From assembly GCA_951406725.2 (NCBI GenBank), contig OX597815.1, positions 17,050,001 to 17,114,000 of the forward strand: DNA of 64,000 nt. The letters are read 5' to 3'. The notes under the pieces were generated by a model. The model had not been told where the DNA came from. It made no database searches and was given only the letters and a program-made list of their open reading frames with translations. Shown piece by piece: positions 50,985 through 64,000 of the stretch. Made by a program: the position numbers and the translations under genes. Every line of letters starts with the position of its first letter. Position 1 is the first letter of the stretch. The DNA comes from Octopus vulgaris. Lineage: Eukaryota.

Positions 50985-52900
50985 TTTTTAGTATCTGCTC
51001 TGCGCTTCTTTCTCTATGGACAGAGCATATTATTCCCTCCTTCAGTTTGTCTGAGAGCTTACCACTTACGAAGAATCTCTGAAATCCTTATACACCGTCT
51101 CATAAGAACTTTCCTCTTGTTTTTATGTAAACTGGCCCTTCTCACTGGGACATAATTGGAGCATATAGCTTGCATTACGAACATGAAAGTTTTTAATTTC
51201 ATATCTATGTCAGGTGTAGAGAGACAATGGGACAAGTCCCGTTTGGTGATCTCTTTCTCAATTGATTTCCAGTCTGCTTTGTGATAGTTCAGATTGGATA
51301 GGTTTTGAGTGCTTCTCATAGGCGGTATGTTTGTGGATTTCTTTGGTCCATACATGGCCAGCTCTATAATGTTGTGATCCGAGAGTAGCGTCGGTGTCAC
51401 TTTCACATTATGGATGAGATCCACATTGTTTGTGAAGCAGAGATCAAGTATATTGCTTACCCTGGTTTGTTGGAGTATTATTTGCTCCATATACAAATTG
51501 CTGGTAAGGTTGAGCAGGAATTCCACTTGAATTTGCTCACATCGCGTCATTCCTGAGAGGAAGAGGCTTTGGGGCATTTCCCTTTGGGTAGGTTAAAGTT
51601 TCCCAAGAGAAGTATATTGATGTGCTCTTCTATTTTGGTTAAGCCCGCTTTTATTCTTGCAAGGCAGTCTTCGAATCGGCCTGTCTGATTTGGGGTATCA
51701 GTTGGGCGATATGTAGTACATATAACTATTTCGAGTTGTCTTATATGTACAATTAGTGTGTCACACACTGAGTTTGAGTGTGACAGAAGGATCTGGGGCG
51801 TGAGATCATCACGGATGTACATTGCAACTCTACCATGGCTCCTGTCTTTTTTATCGCTTCACAATACCACGTACTTTGGTATGAATATTTCTGAAACTAT
51901 GATATCGGGTTTTAAGTGCGTTTCAGTGAGTACTATGCATAAGGCTTGATTTGATTGCATCGCACTAGATATCTCAGGAAGGTAATTTTTGTTCTGTTAC
52001 TGAGTTGTGCAATCGTCTTACATTTTCGAAGTATATTGGTGTGACCCCTGTGTTGATGCTAGTGATGGCCACCCTAGATCTATTGGTTGTGGAGGTCTTG
52101 CGTGTTGGTTGGGATGGCTTCGATTCTGGAATTGATGAAGCCGGGTTAATTGTTGCACAATCTTTTGAGTCATGCATAGAAACGATTGTTGCTTAGCTGC
52201 AACCCGTATGGCGGCTTCTGGGTTGGCTTGTTTTTAGAGGCAATGCGCACTACATCGGGATATTTCAGCTTTAATGCAGGTGATGCACGACTTTTTCCTT
52301 TTTAGAGTCTTCCTGTGTCTTTTGGAGAGAGGCTTTTGATTTTGGTCTGCCTGTTGTATGGTCTTGGATGCAGGAAGCGGCAGTTTGCACCATCATGTCC
52401 ATAACAGCAGTCACCACACAGGAAGAATTTACACACTTGTGTGCGCTTCCTAACTGCATTTGGCTTTGCACACTGATTGTCTGACCTTTGCGCTTTATTT
52501 TGTTTTTTTTTGCTTCAGTTTTACTTCTGTTGTCATCCTTTTTCTTCCCATATCTTTATTTTTAAGCCCTTTATTGGTTCTTTCGCACTTTTAGATGTTG
52601 ATATTGCTGGTGCCTTCTTCCTTGGCAGGTCTCTCGATTTTTATTTTTGTTTCAGGTGTGTTCCCTTGTGGATCAGTGGGGCCAGAGGGACATCTGTCAC
52701 TCACATCAGGGTCTCCATCCTTGTCATCCTTTTTGAGTTTCTGTGCAAAGATGGTGTCTAGTGTGCTAAAGTGAGGTCTGATGAGAGCATAGGAGTGGAT
52801 AAATTCTTGCTTTTTGTCACTCTATCTGAGCTGTGGTCTTTATATAGCCACTCTCTTTATTACAAAATACAGACCCCTTTTGGATGTATCTACAACAAAT
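50985..52900 (-). pseudogene. Decayed APE-type LINE (CR1/Jockey group): ORF1 remnant plus endonuclease domain
   Basis: LTETHL, YRP, LLGNFNLP, NILDLCFTN, SDHNII and NYHKADW motifs in order across frameshifts; upstream CCCH-type finger at 52365-52433. Confidence 0.85.
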
Positions 52901-53084
52901 GACACATCAACCACGGCCTTGGAATAACATAAACACACACGCAAATATTAAAAATGATACACTCAAGAGATTCCTAAGAATTCATTAAAAACAGTCACAA
53001 TCACTGCTATAATTCATAACGATCCACTTTTAGGTGACTTGGCCATTTAACATCCTACTACTATCATACCACCTGCACTCCCGC

Positions 53085-53268
53085 CCTCCTCCTCCTCTTC
53101 CTCTTTGTTCTTCCTCCTCCTCCTCCTCCTTCTTCTCCTCCTCCTCCTCCTCCTCCTCCTCTTCCTCTTTCTTCTTCTTCCTCCTCCTCCTCCTCCTCCT
53201 CCTCCTCCTCCTTCTTCTTCTTCTTCTTCTTCTTCTTCTTCTTCTTCTTCTTCTTCTTCTTCTTCTTT
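53085..53268. repeat. (CCT)n/(CTT)n polypyrimidine microsatellite
   Basis: Direct reading. Confidence 0.95.
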
Positions 53269-53589
53269 TTGCGGTATTTCATCCATCTTTTTATTCTGAG
53301 TTCAAATTCGGCTAAAGTCGACTTTCCCTTTCGTCCTTCTTCTTCCCTGCCAAGAATTCACAACGACCTCGAACCCACAAAAGTAAACAAGAGAGAGAGA
53401 GAGACAGAGACAGGTAGAAACAAGGAAAATGCCCCTTGTATTTGAATACTATACAAATATTCTTTTAAAAACCTTTCTATTAATTTTTCCAGAATTTAAT
53501 TGTTTTCCATACTTACAGTTGAAAAAGTCTCAACGACTGAAACGTTTTTTATAAAATTATTTTAGCCTTTTCTACCTTTACTTTTCTTT

Positions 53590-53636
<47 letters not shown>

Positions 53637-53661
53637 TATATATATGTATATTGTATATATG

Positions 53662-54060
53662 CTCTTTACTCTTTTACTTGTTTCAGTCATCTGACTGCGG
53701 CCATGCTGGAGCACCGCCTTTAGTCGAGCAAATCGACCCCGGGACTTATTCTTTGTAAGCCCAGCACTTATTCTATCGGTCTCTTTTTTGCCGAACCGCT
53801 AAGTGACGGGGACGTAAACACACCAGCATCGGTTGTCAAGCAATGCTAGGGGGACAAACACAGACACACAAACACACACATATATATATATATACATATA
53901 TACGACAGGCTTCTTTCAGTTTCCGTCTACCAAATACACTCACAAGGCATTGGTCGGCCCGGGGCTATAGCAGAAGACACTTGCCCAAGATGCCACGCAG
54001 TGGGACTGAACCCGGAACCATGTGGTTGGTAAGCAAGCTACTTACCACACAGCCACTCCT
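53662..54060 (-). mobile_element. SINE family A
   Basis: Full-length reverse-complement match. Confidence 0.92.
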
Positions 54061-54065
54061 AAGCC

Positions 54066-54106
<41 letters not shown>

Positions 54107-54362
54107 TAAATTAGAGATAAAACCACTATTAGGCAAATCAAACAGTGAAAAACATAAACCAAAACATAAAAATAAAAATAATTAATATAATTTACAAAAT
54201 ATATAAAATATAAAATTTAAAATTTAAATTATTTAAATTTAAAATTATTAATTTATATTTATATTTATAATTTTTCTTTTTTTTTATATAATTATATATA
54301 ACTATCAAAAAGTATTAAATATATATCTATATACATACATACATGTATACATACATACATAA

Positions 54363-54441
<79 letters not shown>

Positions 54442-54454
54442 AACATTTGTATTT

Positions 54455-54663
54455 AGACGGTCAGCTGTCAGGACTGCTAGCTCGCCGGACAGAATACTTA
54501 GCGATATTTTGTCCGTCTTTTCATTCTGACATCAAATTTCTTTGAGGTCGATTTTTTCTTTCATTTTTTCGCTATCGATAAAATCAGTACCAGTTGTGCT
54601 TTGGGGTCGGTCTAATGGACCTGTCCTTCCCCGAAGTTACTGGCCTTGTGCCAAATATTGAAA
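54455..54663 (+). mobile_element. Old diverged SINE family B copy
   Basis: Colinear with family B (GAGGTCGA..TCGATAAAATCAGTACCAG..GGGGTCG); similar old pieces at ~19920-20160 (-), 29325-29510 (-), 53271-53340 and 62115-62190. Confidence 0.7.
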
Positions 54664-55574
54664 ATAATATATTATATATATTATATAAACATTTATAAAG
54701 AAATAGATATGTTCTTTTATTCCTTTATAAGTTTCAGCCTTAAGGCTGTGGCCATGCTGGGGCACATGATATATATGTTTATATAAACACACAGACACAT
54801 ACACGTATGTATATCTTTATAGAAGAAGCAAAAATAGGTTATGCGGAACAAATGCGTAGCCAGAGGCTTGCATTTGAAAAAAAATGAACAAAAGTACCAT
54901 ACTGGTACACGAAGTATAATACAATATAAATTATTAAGTTATTGACATTATTACCATTTTCATTTGGTATTGTATGGTGGCTAATGGCATCAACTCCAAG
55001 TGAGAACGTTAGATAATCTCCAGAGCCAATAATTCTCCAACATCGAAGAACCCTTAGAGAAAAAACAGTGTGGTAGTCTGAAAGCAAGTGAACAGCCGAG
55101 GACATTTGTCTGTGTGTAAATATGCATCAATCAGCATAACAATTAAGCTACCTTATCTTCAGCAGACAAGACACTGCGGCATAAGCAAAATTGAATACAA
55201 TATGTTTACAGCTTAAGAAAATTGCATAAATAAGACGAGAAGGAGCTAAGAGGATTTTTTTTTCTCTGAGTCGTTGCCGGTGACTTGTTTCTAAACCAAA
55301 AAGACGAAGAGTATATATTGAATAGCGTACAAACTATTTTCTTGAATTGTTGAAATTATTTATGCTTCTTCAGAAAACAGGCCAACTCTTGCTGGCTAAT
55401 GTAGCATCTCTGATTGGGAAAAGGCGACAATCTGAAATAGCAAGAGCTCTCCAAAACTGACATGCAATTAAGGAAAAGAATATATGCATATGTATATATA
55501 CGTGTATATATCTCTGTATCTATAGCAATATATTATATATTATGTATAGATTCATATATATATATATATATATA

Positions 55575-55777
55575 CTTTATTTAAAGCAGCAGAAAATTCA
55601 ACAAAACCTGTTACTCTGAGTTTCCCGTTGCTAAAAACTGTCCGATGAACGGCAACGGGAAACTCAGAGTAACAGGTTTTGTTGAATTTTCTGCTGCTTT
55701 AAATAAAGCATATTACTCTACCACTGATATTTGAGTACTCTTTTTTCCACCTTGTTTCACATTTATGTGTTTACTCC

Positions 55778-55780
<3 letters not shown>
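55575..55780 (+). mobile_element. Penelope-like fragment with perfect 57-bp inverted duplication and hammerhead motif
   Basis: 55575-55631 is the exact reverse complement of 55652-55708; CTGT-CCGATGA-a-CG gcaa CG-g-GAA-ACTCAGAGT-A-ACAG at 55638-55675. Confidence 0.7.
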
Positions 55781-55823
<43 letters not shown>

Positions 55824-56302
55824 CATACATGCATACATATATACATACATACATATACATATATCTTTCGTATACATTCGTTGATTTTTTCCAAGGAATC
55901 TAATGCTCTTAGCTTAGTTTTTCCTTGGGGCTGGCCAGATTGGAGCAATCTCAAGATCAGTCGCCCGAAATTGCGAGGATCATCCGGTTCTTGACTGAAG
56001 ATAAAAGGCTTCGAATGACCCGTCCGTGTTTTTTTTGTATCGTCTATCTTGATGTTTTGTTGTCCCGTTTTGTATCACCTAGTTGTTCGGATGTTTTGCG
56101 TTCTTGTCTTATTTTGTATTTTATTTTATGATAGTTATCTAAGAGACTATAAGTCAAGGAAAAGAGGCACTCGTGTATCTATCAGTCGAGTTGGTATACT
56201 ATCCGAAATGTATAGTATTAAATATCCAACTACGCTGGTCGTACCAATCGGTTTCGCATAAAGAATGCAGTAGAGTATTAGCTAACAATCCGATTGTATA
56301 AC

Positions 56303-57115
56303 AGATTGACCTTGAACTCTGCTGTACATGCGCACTAAGTTTTAACGTTCTAGCTCACTTCTGCTGTTTACAGCAGTGGTTGAAAGGAAGGTGTGTAACG
56401 TGGGATCGTCGCATTGACCATGACAGGGAAAGCTGAGTTGAGAATCTGCATCAAATTTTGCTAAAAGTTTGGCGATACCTGCTCAGAGGCCTACGCAAAG
56501 TTTTCAAAAAGTGTTCATAGTTCTCGACACAATCAAGGAAATCTTGTGCAACTGAAACCCGAGTGTCATTTTGGTCAGCTGAAAGCAGTTTTGGCACAAA
56601 CTTGGCGTTTCATACCCAAATCTTCAGTGATAATGGACTGAACAGAACCGTAAATAATCTGCACATCTTCTGATAACTCACGGATGGTGATTCGACGATT
56701 TCCCCCTCACAGCTTTCCACACATCTGCAGTGTTTTCCTCAGTTCTGATCGTTGCAGGTCTCACAGAGCATTCGCCAATATCGACATTTTTTAGGTCATC
56801 CTGGAAGCCTCTGACCTACTCGGACACTTATATCCAGCTCGTACACTCCTCGCCATGCATTTTCTGCAACTTTGCGTAGGCCTCTGAGCAGTTATCGCCA
56901 TGATAACTTTCTTTGTCATGGTCAATGCGACGATCACACGCTACACACCTCTCTTCCAAGCACTGCTGTAAGCTGCGGAAGTGAAGTAGAACGTTATCCC
57001 TTAGTGCGCATGCACAGCAAAGTTCAAGGTCAATCTTTCCCAAGCGGCTTCACTCTGCGTTGTCTAGCTTCGTTACTATGGCAACAGTCAGGGTACTTAT
57101 TGATCCAAATCTCAG
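56303..57115. mobile_element. Fold-back mariner derivative (two 5' ends in inverted orientation)
   Basis: Plus arm encodes ELRICIKFC*KFGDTCSEAY; minus arm encodes CSEAYAKLQKMHG..RPATIRTEEN..NRRITIRELSEDV..YGSVQSIITEDLGM, the mariner N-terminal HTH region. Confidence 0.85.
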
Positions 57116-57141
57116 TGTTTGAATGTTTTGCTTATAAATAA

Positions 57142-57213
<72 letters not shown>

Positions 57214-57430
57214 ATATATTATGGGATTTTGTAAATTTGTAACTGGCTGACAGTTCCAAAATTGGACACAATGGCCGACGTAATGGATAACGTAATAGAT
57301 GTAATGGCCGACGCTCTCAGCTCTTGAATCATTTTTATAACTTCCTGCCGATTAAAAGTAATTAAAAGTATATACTCATGTATTGAGTTCTAACTCACAT
57401 GTTTGTTTTACTAAACCAATATGTATGCGA

Positions 57431-57431
<1 letters not shown>

Positions 57432-57463
<32 letters not shown>

Positions 57464-58385
57464 CATTAATACATACATACATACAAACCTGCATACATAC
57501 ATACATACAGACAGACACACATACATACATACATACATGCATACATACATACATGCATGCATACATACATTAATACATACATACATAAATACATATATAC
57601 ATAAATACATACATACATACATAAATACATACATACATACATAAATACATACATACATTCATACATACATACATGCATACATATATACATACATACATAC
57701 ATACATACATACATACATACATACATACATACATACATTAATACATACATACATACATACATACATTAATGCATACATTAATACATACATACATATTAAT
57801 ACATACATACATACATACATACATACAAACATACATACATGCGGGCATACATACATACATACATACATACATACATACATACATACATACATACATACAT
57901 TAATACATACATACATACATACATACATACATACAAACATACATACATGCATACATACATACATTCATGCATACATACATTAATACATACATACATACAT
58001 ACATACATGCATGCATACATACATACATTCATACATACATACATACATACATTAATACATACATGCATACATACATACATACATACATACATACATACTT
58101 CATACATACATACATACATACATACATACATACATACATACATACATTAATGCATACATTAATACATACATACATTAATACATACATACATACATGCATG
58201 CATACACACATACATACATACATACATACATACATACATTAATACATACATACATACATACAAACAAACATACATAAATACATACATACATACATTCATA
58301 CATAAATTAATACATACATACATACATACATACATGCATACATGCATACAGACAGACAGACAGACAGACACGCACACACACATAC
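57432..58385. repeat. (CATA)n microsatellite with recurrent TTAA variant units
   Basis: Direct reading, ~950 bp. Confidence 0.95.
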
Positions 58386-59528
58386 ATGTGCTTTGCTTAC
58401 TTTCCCGTAAATTACCGGTTCATCAAAAAGATATTGATACAATATGTATCAAACTAACAATAAATAATTGAGCCGATTTAGTTGACTAAACCCTTTGAGA
58501 CGGTGCTGCAATGCTTGAAACCAGTAAAAGAATAACAGAATAAAAATCTCACTCTTCCTTTCCCTTTCTCTCACTTACGGTCTTATCCATCCATTCATAC
58601 ACACACACACACATATCTAGACACGCATACACCCACACATATATATCTAGTCACACACACACACACATAAACACATGTACACATTGATATATAGAAATGC
58701 AGAAAAACGATATATAATGAAATCAAATTGCTTTTCCGAAGTTGCTTAAACCCTTATATAATAGCTCCCAATAGATCGGGTATAAATACCCTTTGAACAA
58801 AAGGGGAAAACAAAACGATGTGTAGCCATTCACGGGATCTCAAACATGTATCAACCGCAACCCAAAGAAATGTTTTGCTTTGTTGTTTTCAATGCATTAT
58901 GAAATATTTATTTAGAGCTACATTTAAATTGCATCAATTTTGTAAGAGACTTGCTTTTGTAGTACCGATGCTTATATATTACGATCTAAATTTTCAACAC
59001 ACTCCTTTTCTTACTTGGAAGTTGAAAAACTCTTTTTCGGGTGGTTACACGTCGGTATTTCGCTTTGGTATAATAGTGAGTTGCCTAGTTCAAGTCCTGT
59101 GAATGGCTGTCCGCTTTTCTTCTAGCCAAGGGGTATTTTTTTAGCAAATATCCATTATTTATAGTTTTATTTGCATTTGATCAGCTTCATTTCGCAAAAT
59201 ACACGCACACATACACATACAAATATGTATGCGGGCATACATATCCGTACAAATATAAATACACACACACGAGCGTGCTCACACACATATACACATATGT
59301 ATGGGGAAAATAGACACACATTTATTTGACAAGGCACATCTTAATTCATCTAAATGAAGTATTTGTTTACTGACAGAGCTTTATAACTAATTAAGATTTT
59401 AATTAGATTAATGACAGATGTCTATGTAAAAGAAATTAGACAGGATGGAAGAATTCAGAATTCACTGATACAAAGGAGATGCGCACTTGTACATACACAT
59501 ATGTATACACACACATGCACGTGTGTGT

Positions 59529-59562
<34 letters not shown>

Positions 59563-59595
59563 GTCTGTATATGTATATATATGCATTCATGCATT

Positions 59596-59661
<66 letters not shown>

Positions 59662-59686
59662 TATATATATATAACATGCATACACA

Positions 59687-59718
<32 letters not shown>

Positions 59719-60770
59719 ACGAGCAGATAAGGCTGAGCAGTCGTAGATAACCTCTAAACACACGATACAATCTTGTATAGCCGAAGTGGTTAAAGAAAGA
59801 GTGAGATTGAATACGGGGAAGAAACAGGATGTAAAAGAAGTAGTGTTGTTCTTGTTATTGTTTGTTTTCGTCAAGAAGAGAGGAATCCTGCAGTTTGGGA
59901 AAGAATAGCAGTAATTTGATGAAGAGAAATCGATAAAACATTTATTTTATAATTAAAAGGAAGCTAATTCATTTGATTGACAGTTTATGCAAAAATTACA
60001 TTAAGTTCTTGATTTTGTTTATTTTTGGAAGAAATAACAAAAAAAAATAATAAAAAAAATTATATTTGATATTCTGTTACGATATTTCAGCATCTATGAG
60101 AAAATTGTACAGATGTGAGAGTAGGATATCATTTAATTCCAGTTGACTGACGGTCAGGTTCCAATGACAAGAACATCTTTGATGAAGAAATCTCCTGGAT
60201 TTATTGATCTTTTCGATACTCTGTAGAGAGATCGATGTTTAAGGATCAATTGGTTTTAGAAGGAGAAATATGTGTAAGCACCTATTGACCTACACATGCA
60301 ATCACAATTCATAAAATTACAAACACACACACACACACACACACACAGACACATACATACATACACTTATAAACGTGATCACGTACGTACACACACGAAA
60401 TAACACACAGACAAATAAACAGAGATATTAAGTAAGCGAACAAAGGCGCAAAGAACACAAGAAACCACACACGAACGGAAGAACACACACAAAAAGTACT
60501 GACAGAAAGCAGCATACACTCCAACTCTTGCGCATTCTCCCTTTCCTCTTACTTCACACACATACAACATGCACATTATGTAAAGATTAAAATAGATAAT
60601 TGAGCAGAATACTTATATACCGAGAGGAATACAGAGAGGGACACACGAAGAACGTACACATACAAACACATCGTGAGAAACGACAAAAAGTTTGAAAGAC
60701 AGGTTATTTCGTCTTTCTTGAAAGAATGGGCGACAATTTAAGACATATTTATTTCTGGTTAACTGCATAA

Positions 60771-61069
60771 TCTTTATATATAAAAGTAAGGCTGTGTGTC
60801 TGTCTCCTACGATTTAGATTCCTAACTACTCCCACATTTTGCGGTGCAGTTTAACCAAAAGCGGGTATCTTATAGTCGTGATTCATATCGAGCCCTTCTG
60901 GGTATTAGCGCGCGTCTACGATGAGTCTACGATTAAAAAAAAAAATTACCATCACTTTTTCCCATTTCTAATGCATTATTTTGCTATTATATAAGGGAAG
61001 TAACTCTCTATAAATGCTTATATAGTTATTTTCCTTACAAACCCGAGCAACGCCGGGCGATACTGCTAG
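60771..61069 (+). mobile_element. Complete 299-bp non-autonomous Helitron
   Basis: A|TC 5' end, CCCGAGCAACGCCGGG hairpin, CTAG|T 3' end, no TSD. Confidence 0.93.
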
Positions 61070-61349
61070 TATGCTATATATTAAATATACTAACAAACTT
61101 ATTGCTGTTGTTTTACCTGTTCTGAGGCAAAACAACAACTACCCCAGCAGCTAATACTATAAATTGCTGTAGTAGGCAAACTTGATATCTCTTCGATTTA
61201 AATAATATTCTGGTTAATAGCAAAGTAAATCTTTATCTTTCGGTATGATTACTCTCTTTCCTAATCCAGCTTGCAGATATATTTGTCTCAATATTTTCTC
61301 TTCATGAAATATTAATCTCGAGTAAATTCATTCAATCTTGCTAGTATAT

Positions 61350-61770
61350 ACTCTTTTACTCTTTTACTCTTTTAATTGTTTCAGTCATTTGACTGCGGCC
61401 ATGCTGGAGCACCGCCTTTAGTCGTGCAAATCGACCCCGGGACTTATTCTTTGTAAGCCCAGTACTTATTCTCTCGGTCTCTTTTTGCCGAACCGCTAAG
61501 TGACGGGGACGTAAACACACCAGCATCGGTTGTCAAGCAATGCTAGGGGGACAGACACAGACACACAAACACGCACACACACATATATATATATATATAG
61601 ATAGATATATACGACGGGCTTCTTTCAGTTTCCGTCTACTAAATCCACTCACAAGGCATTGGTCGGCCCGGGGCTATAGCAGAAGACACTTGCCCAAGAT
61701 GCCACGCAGTGGACTGAACCCAGAACCATGTGGTTGATAGGCAAGCTACTTACCACACAGCCACTCCTGC
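61350..61770 (-). mobile_element. SINE family A
   Basis: Full-length reverse-complement match. Confidence 0.92.
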
Positions 61771-63295
61771 TGTATATATATATTTTTAAAAAGTTTCTCA
61801 AACTATTCGAACACTACACTGTCGATTAACTTTTATCCTTTTCTGCAATACGTTTTCTTAAGGCAATCAATTCAGTTACATTATTTCATTTGTCTTATTT
61901 TCAGAAATTAACGCAATGATCTTGTGACACTTCTTCCACTATTCTTGAGCAGTTTCAGCTTATTTGATTGTGTTCAAAATTGCTTTCCTTTCAGTTTCAT
62001 TAACCAAAAGGTGGAGATGGATTGGCAAAGACAATAATTGCTTTAGACAAAATACATTGTGGGCTGTAAATACATTGTGTGTATATGTGGTGGGAGTAGG
62101 TACAGGTTTTTCCGATCTTAGGTCAAATCCTGCCGAAGTTCGCTTTGACTTTCTCGCTTCAAGAGTCGATGGAAAAAATACCAGTTAAAAAGCATTTGAG
62201 ATATCTTCTGCCCAAAATTGTAATCTTGTAGTGATAAAAAATATTCCTTTAAAACAAGCCAAAAAAGGTGCACCTATTTGATAACTTAAAGGTCCATGCT
62301 GTATGCAGTTATTAAATTTACCATGTGGCACAAGCCCTGATATAAATTCTTGGCAGACAAAGAATAAACTTCTTCAAGAAAGATATGGTGTTGAGCCTTC
62401 CTGCTAATATAGTTTTCTTTGTAATTTTTTAAGTAAAAAAACTTCCTCTATCTATCTCGAGGGATTTACCTTTGTTTTGTTTTTTTGTATCTTTCCGAGC
62501 TTCCTTCAGTCGTAATTTTCTACCTCGAGCCTTGCTTCTGTTTTTCTTTCTTTGTTTTATGCCGAGGGTTTTATAGCACTTCTCTCCAATTTGCGTGGAT
62601 TGTTATGTTTGATTATCTTCGTTTTATTCTCGTAGTTTGAAGGCTAAAAATTTCCCTGTGATCAAGAATTTTTTTTATTGTTTGACTTGTAATTGCTTGT
62701 TACAAATCTGAAAACTGCGAATTACGTCTTACTGTTTTCGGGGAATTTTTTTCTGGCACTCTTCGCCTCATTGAAAACTCCGAATTAGGTCTTGCGGCTC
62801 CCAGGCTTTACCTTTCTACTACTCCTTACCTAGTCTTTCATTTCCGCTCCATTCGTCACTTTCTTTTAATTGAAATCTTCCATGTGCGTTAAAAATGAAA
62901 AAAAACCCAAAAAAACAAACGAATAACAAAATGTAATAAATATGGAAACTACTCAATATTTAAGATAATAAAAAATGGTTTCCTTTGTTTATTATGATAA
63001 AAATAAAACTATTACAGACACAATAACTGGAGTGGAAGCTAAAATTTAATTCAGTGAAAAATTCACAGATCGTTGGTTTTTCCGCCACTATTATTAGAGC
63101 ATAACTCACAATATGAGTGTATATGTATGTGCATGTGCGCGTGCGCGGTCTTGCGTGCTGGTTATTAGCTGTTTGTTCAATGTCTATATTGTTCATACGG
63201 GAATATTTATTTACCTGCATATATAAATTCGATCATACATATCCCTATATTTATTCACACACATCTACACACACGAATATACACGTGTGTGTATA

Positions 63296-63830
<535 letters not shown>

Positions 63831-63844
63831 ATATATATATATAT

Positions 63845-64000
63845 ATATATAATACTGTAGTTGTGTGAGTGTCTGTCCCCTTCGATTTAGATTCCTAACT
63901 ACTCCCACATTTTGCGGTGCAGTTTAACCAAATTCGGGTATCTTATAGTCGTGATTCATATCGAGCCCGTCTGAGTATTAGCGCGCGTCTACGATGAGTC
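63845..64000 (+). mobile_element. 5' part of the same Helitron family, cut by window end
   Basis: CGATTTAGATTCCTAACTACTCCCACATTTTGCG..GCGCGCGTCTACGATGAGTC shared with the 14858 and 60771 copies. Confidence 0.88.

Noticed and set aside
52778-52830. CTGATGAG hammerhead-like core
   Set aside because: No stem II/GAAA partner or stem I pairing nearby.

Overview
This is AT-rich, repeat-saturated animal DNA, most likely an intergenic or intronic stretch of a coleoid cephalopod (octopus) genome, inferred from the SINE families and very long TA/TATG/TATC microsatellites. I found no supportable host gene or exon, and almost every ORF in the supplied track is a microsatellite or SINE translation artefact. 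The window holds two abundant tRNA-derived SINE families plus two rarer ones, four copies of a TTAGGG-carrying MITE (exact 8-bp TSDs on two), and non-autonomous Helitrons (one with a PIF1 helicase remnant). It also has decayed RTE, R4/Dong and APE-type LINEs, a fold-back mariner derivative and Penelope-type terminal-repeat fragments. The most notable signal is a cluster of minimal type I hammerhead ribozyme motifs. One lies in a highly structured 353-bp tandem repeat (45834-46573, retrozyme-like), a neighbouring 355-bp diverged dimer has a U3-A8 core, and a G3-C8 core variant sits at 49840-49890, giving three different pairings at the 3-8 core position within about 5 kb. All structures were read by eye; none has been folded computationally or tested.
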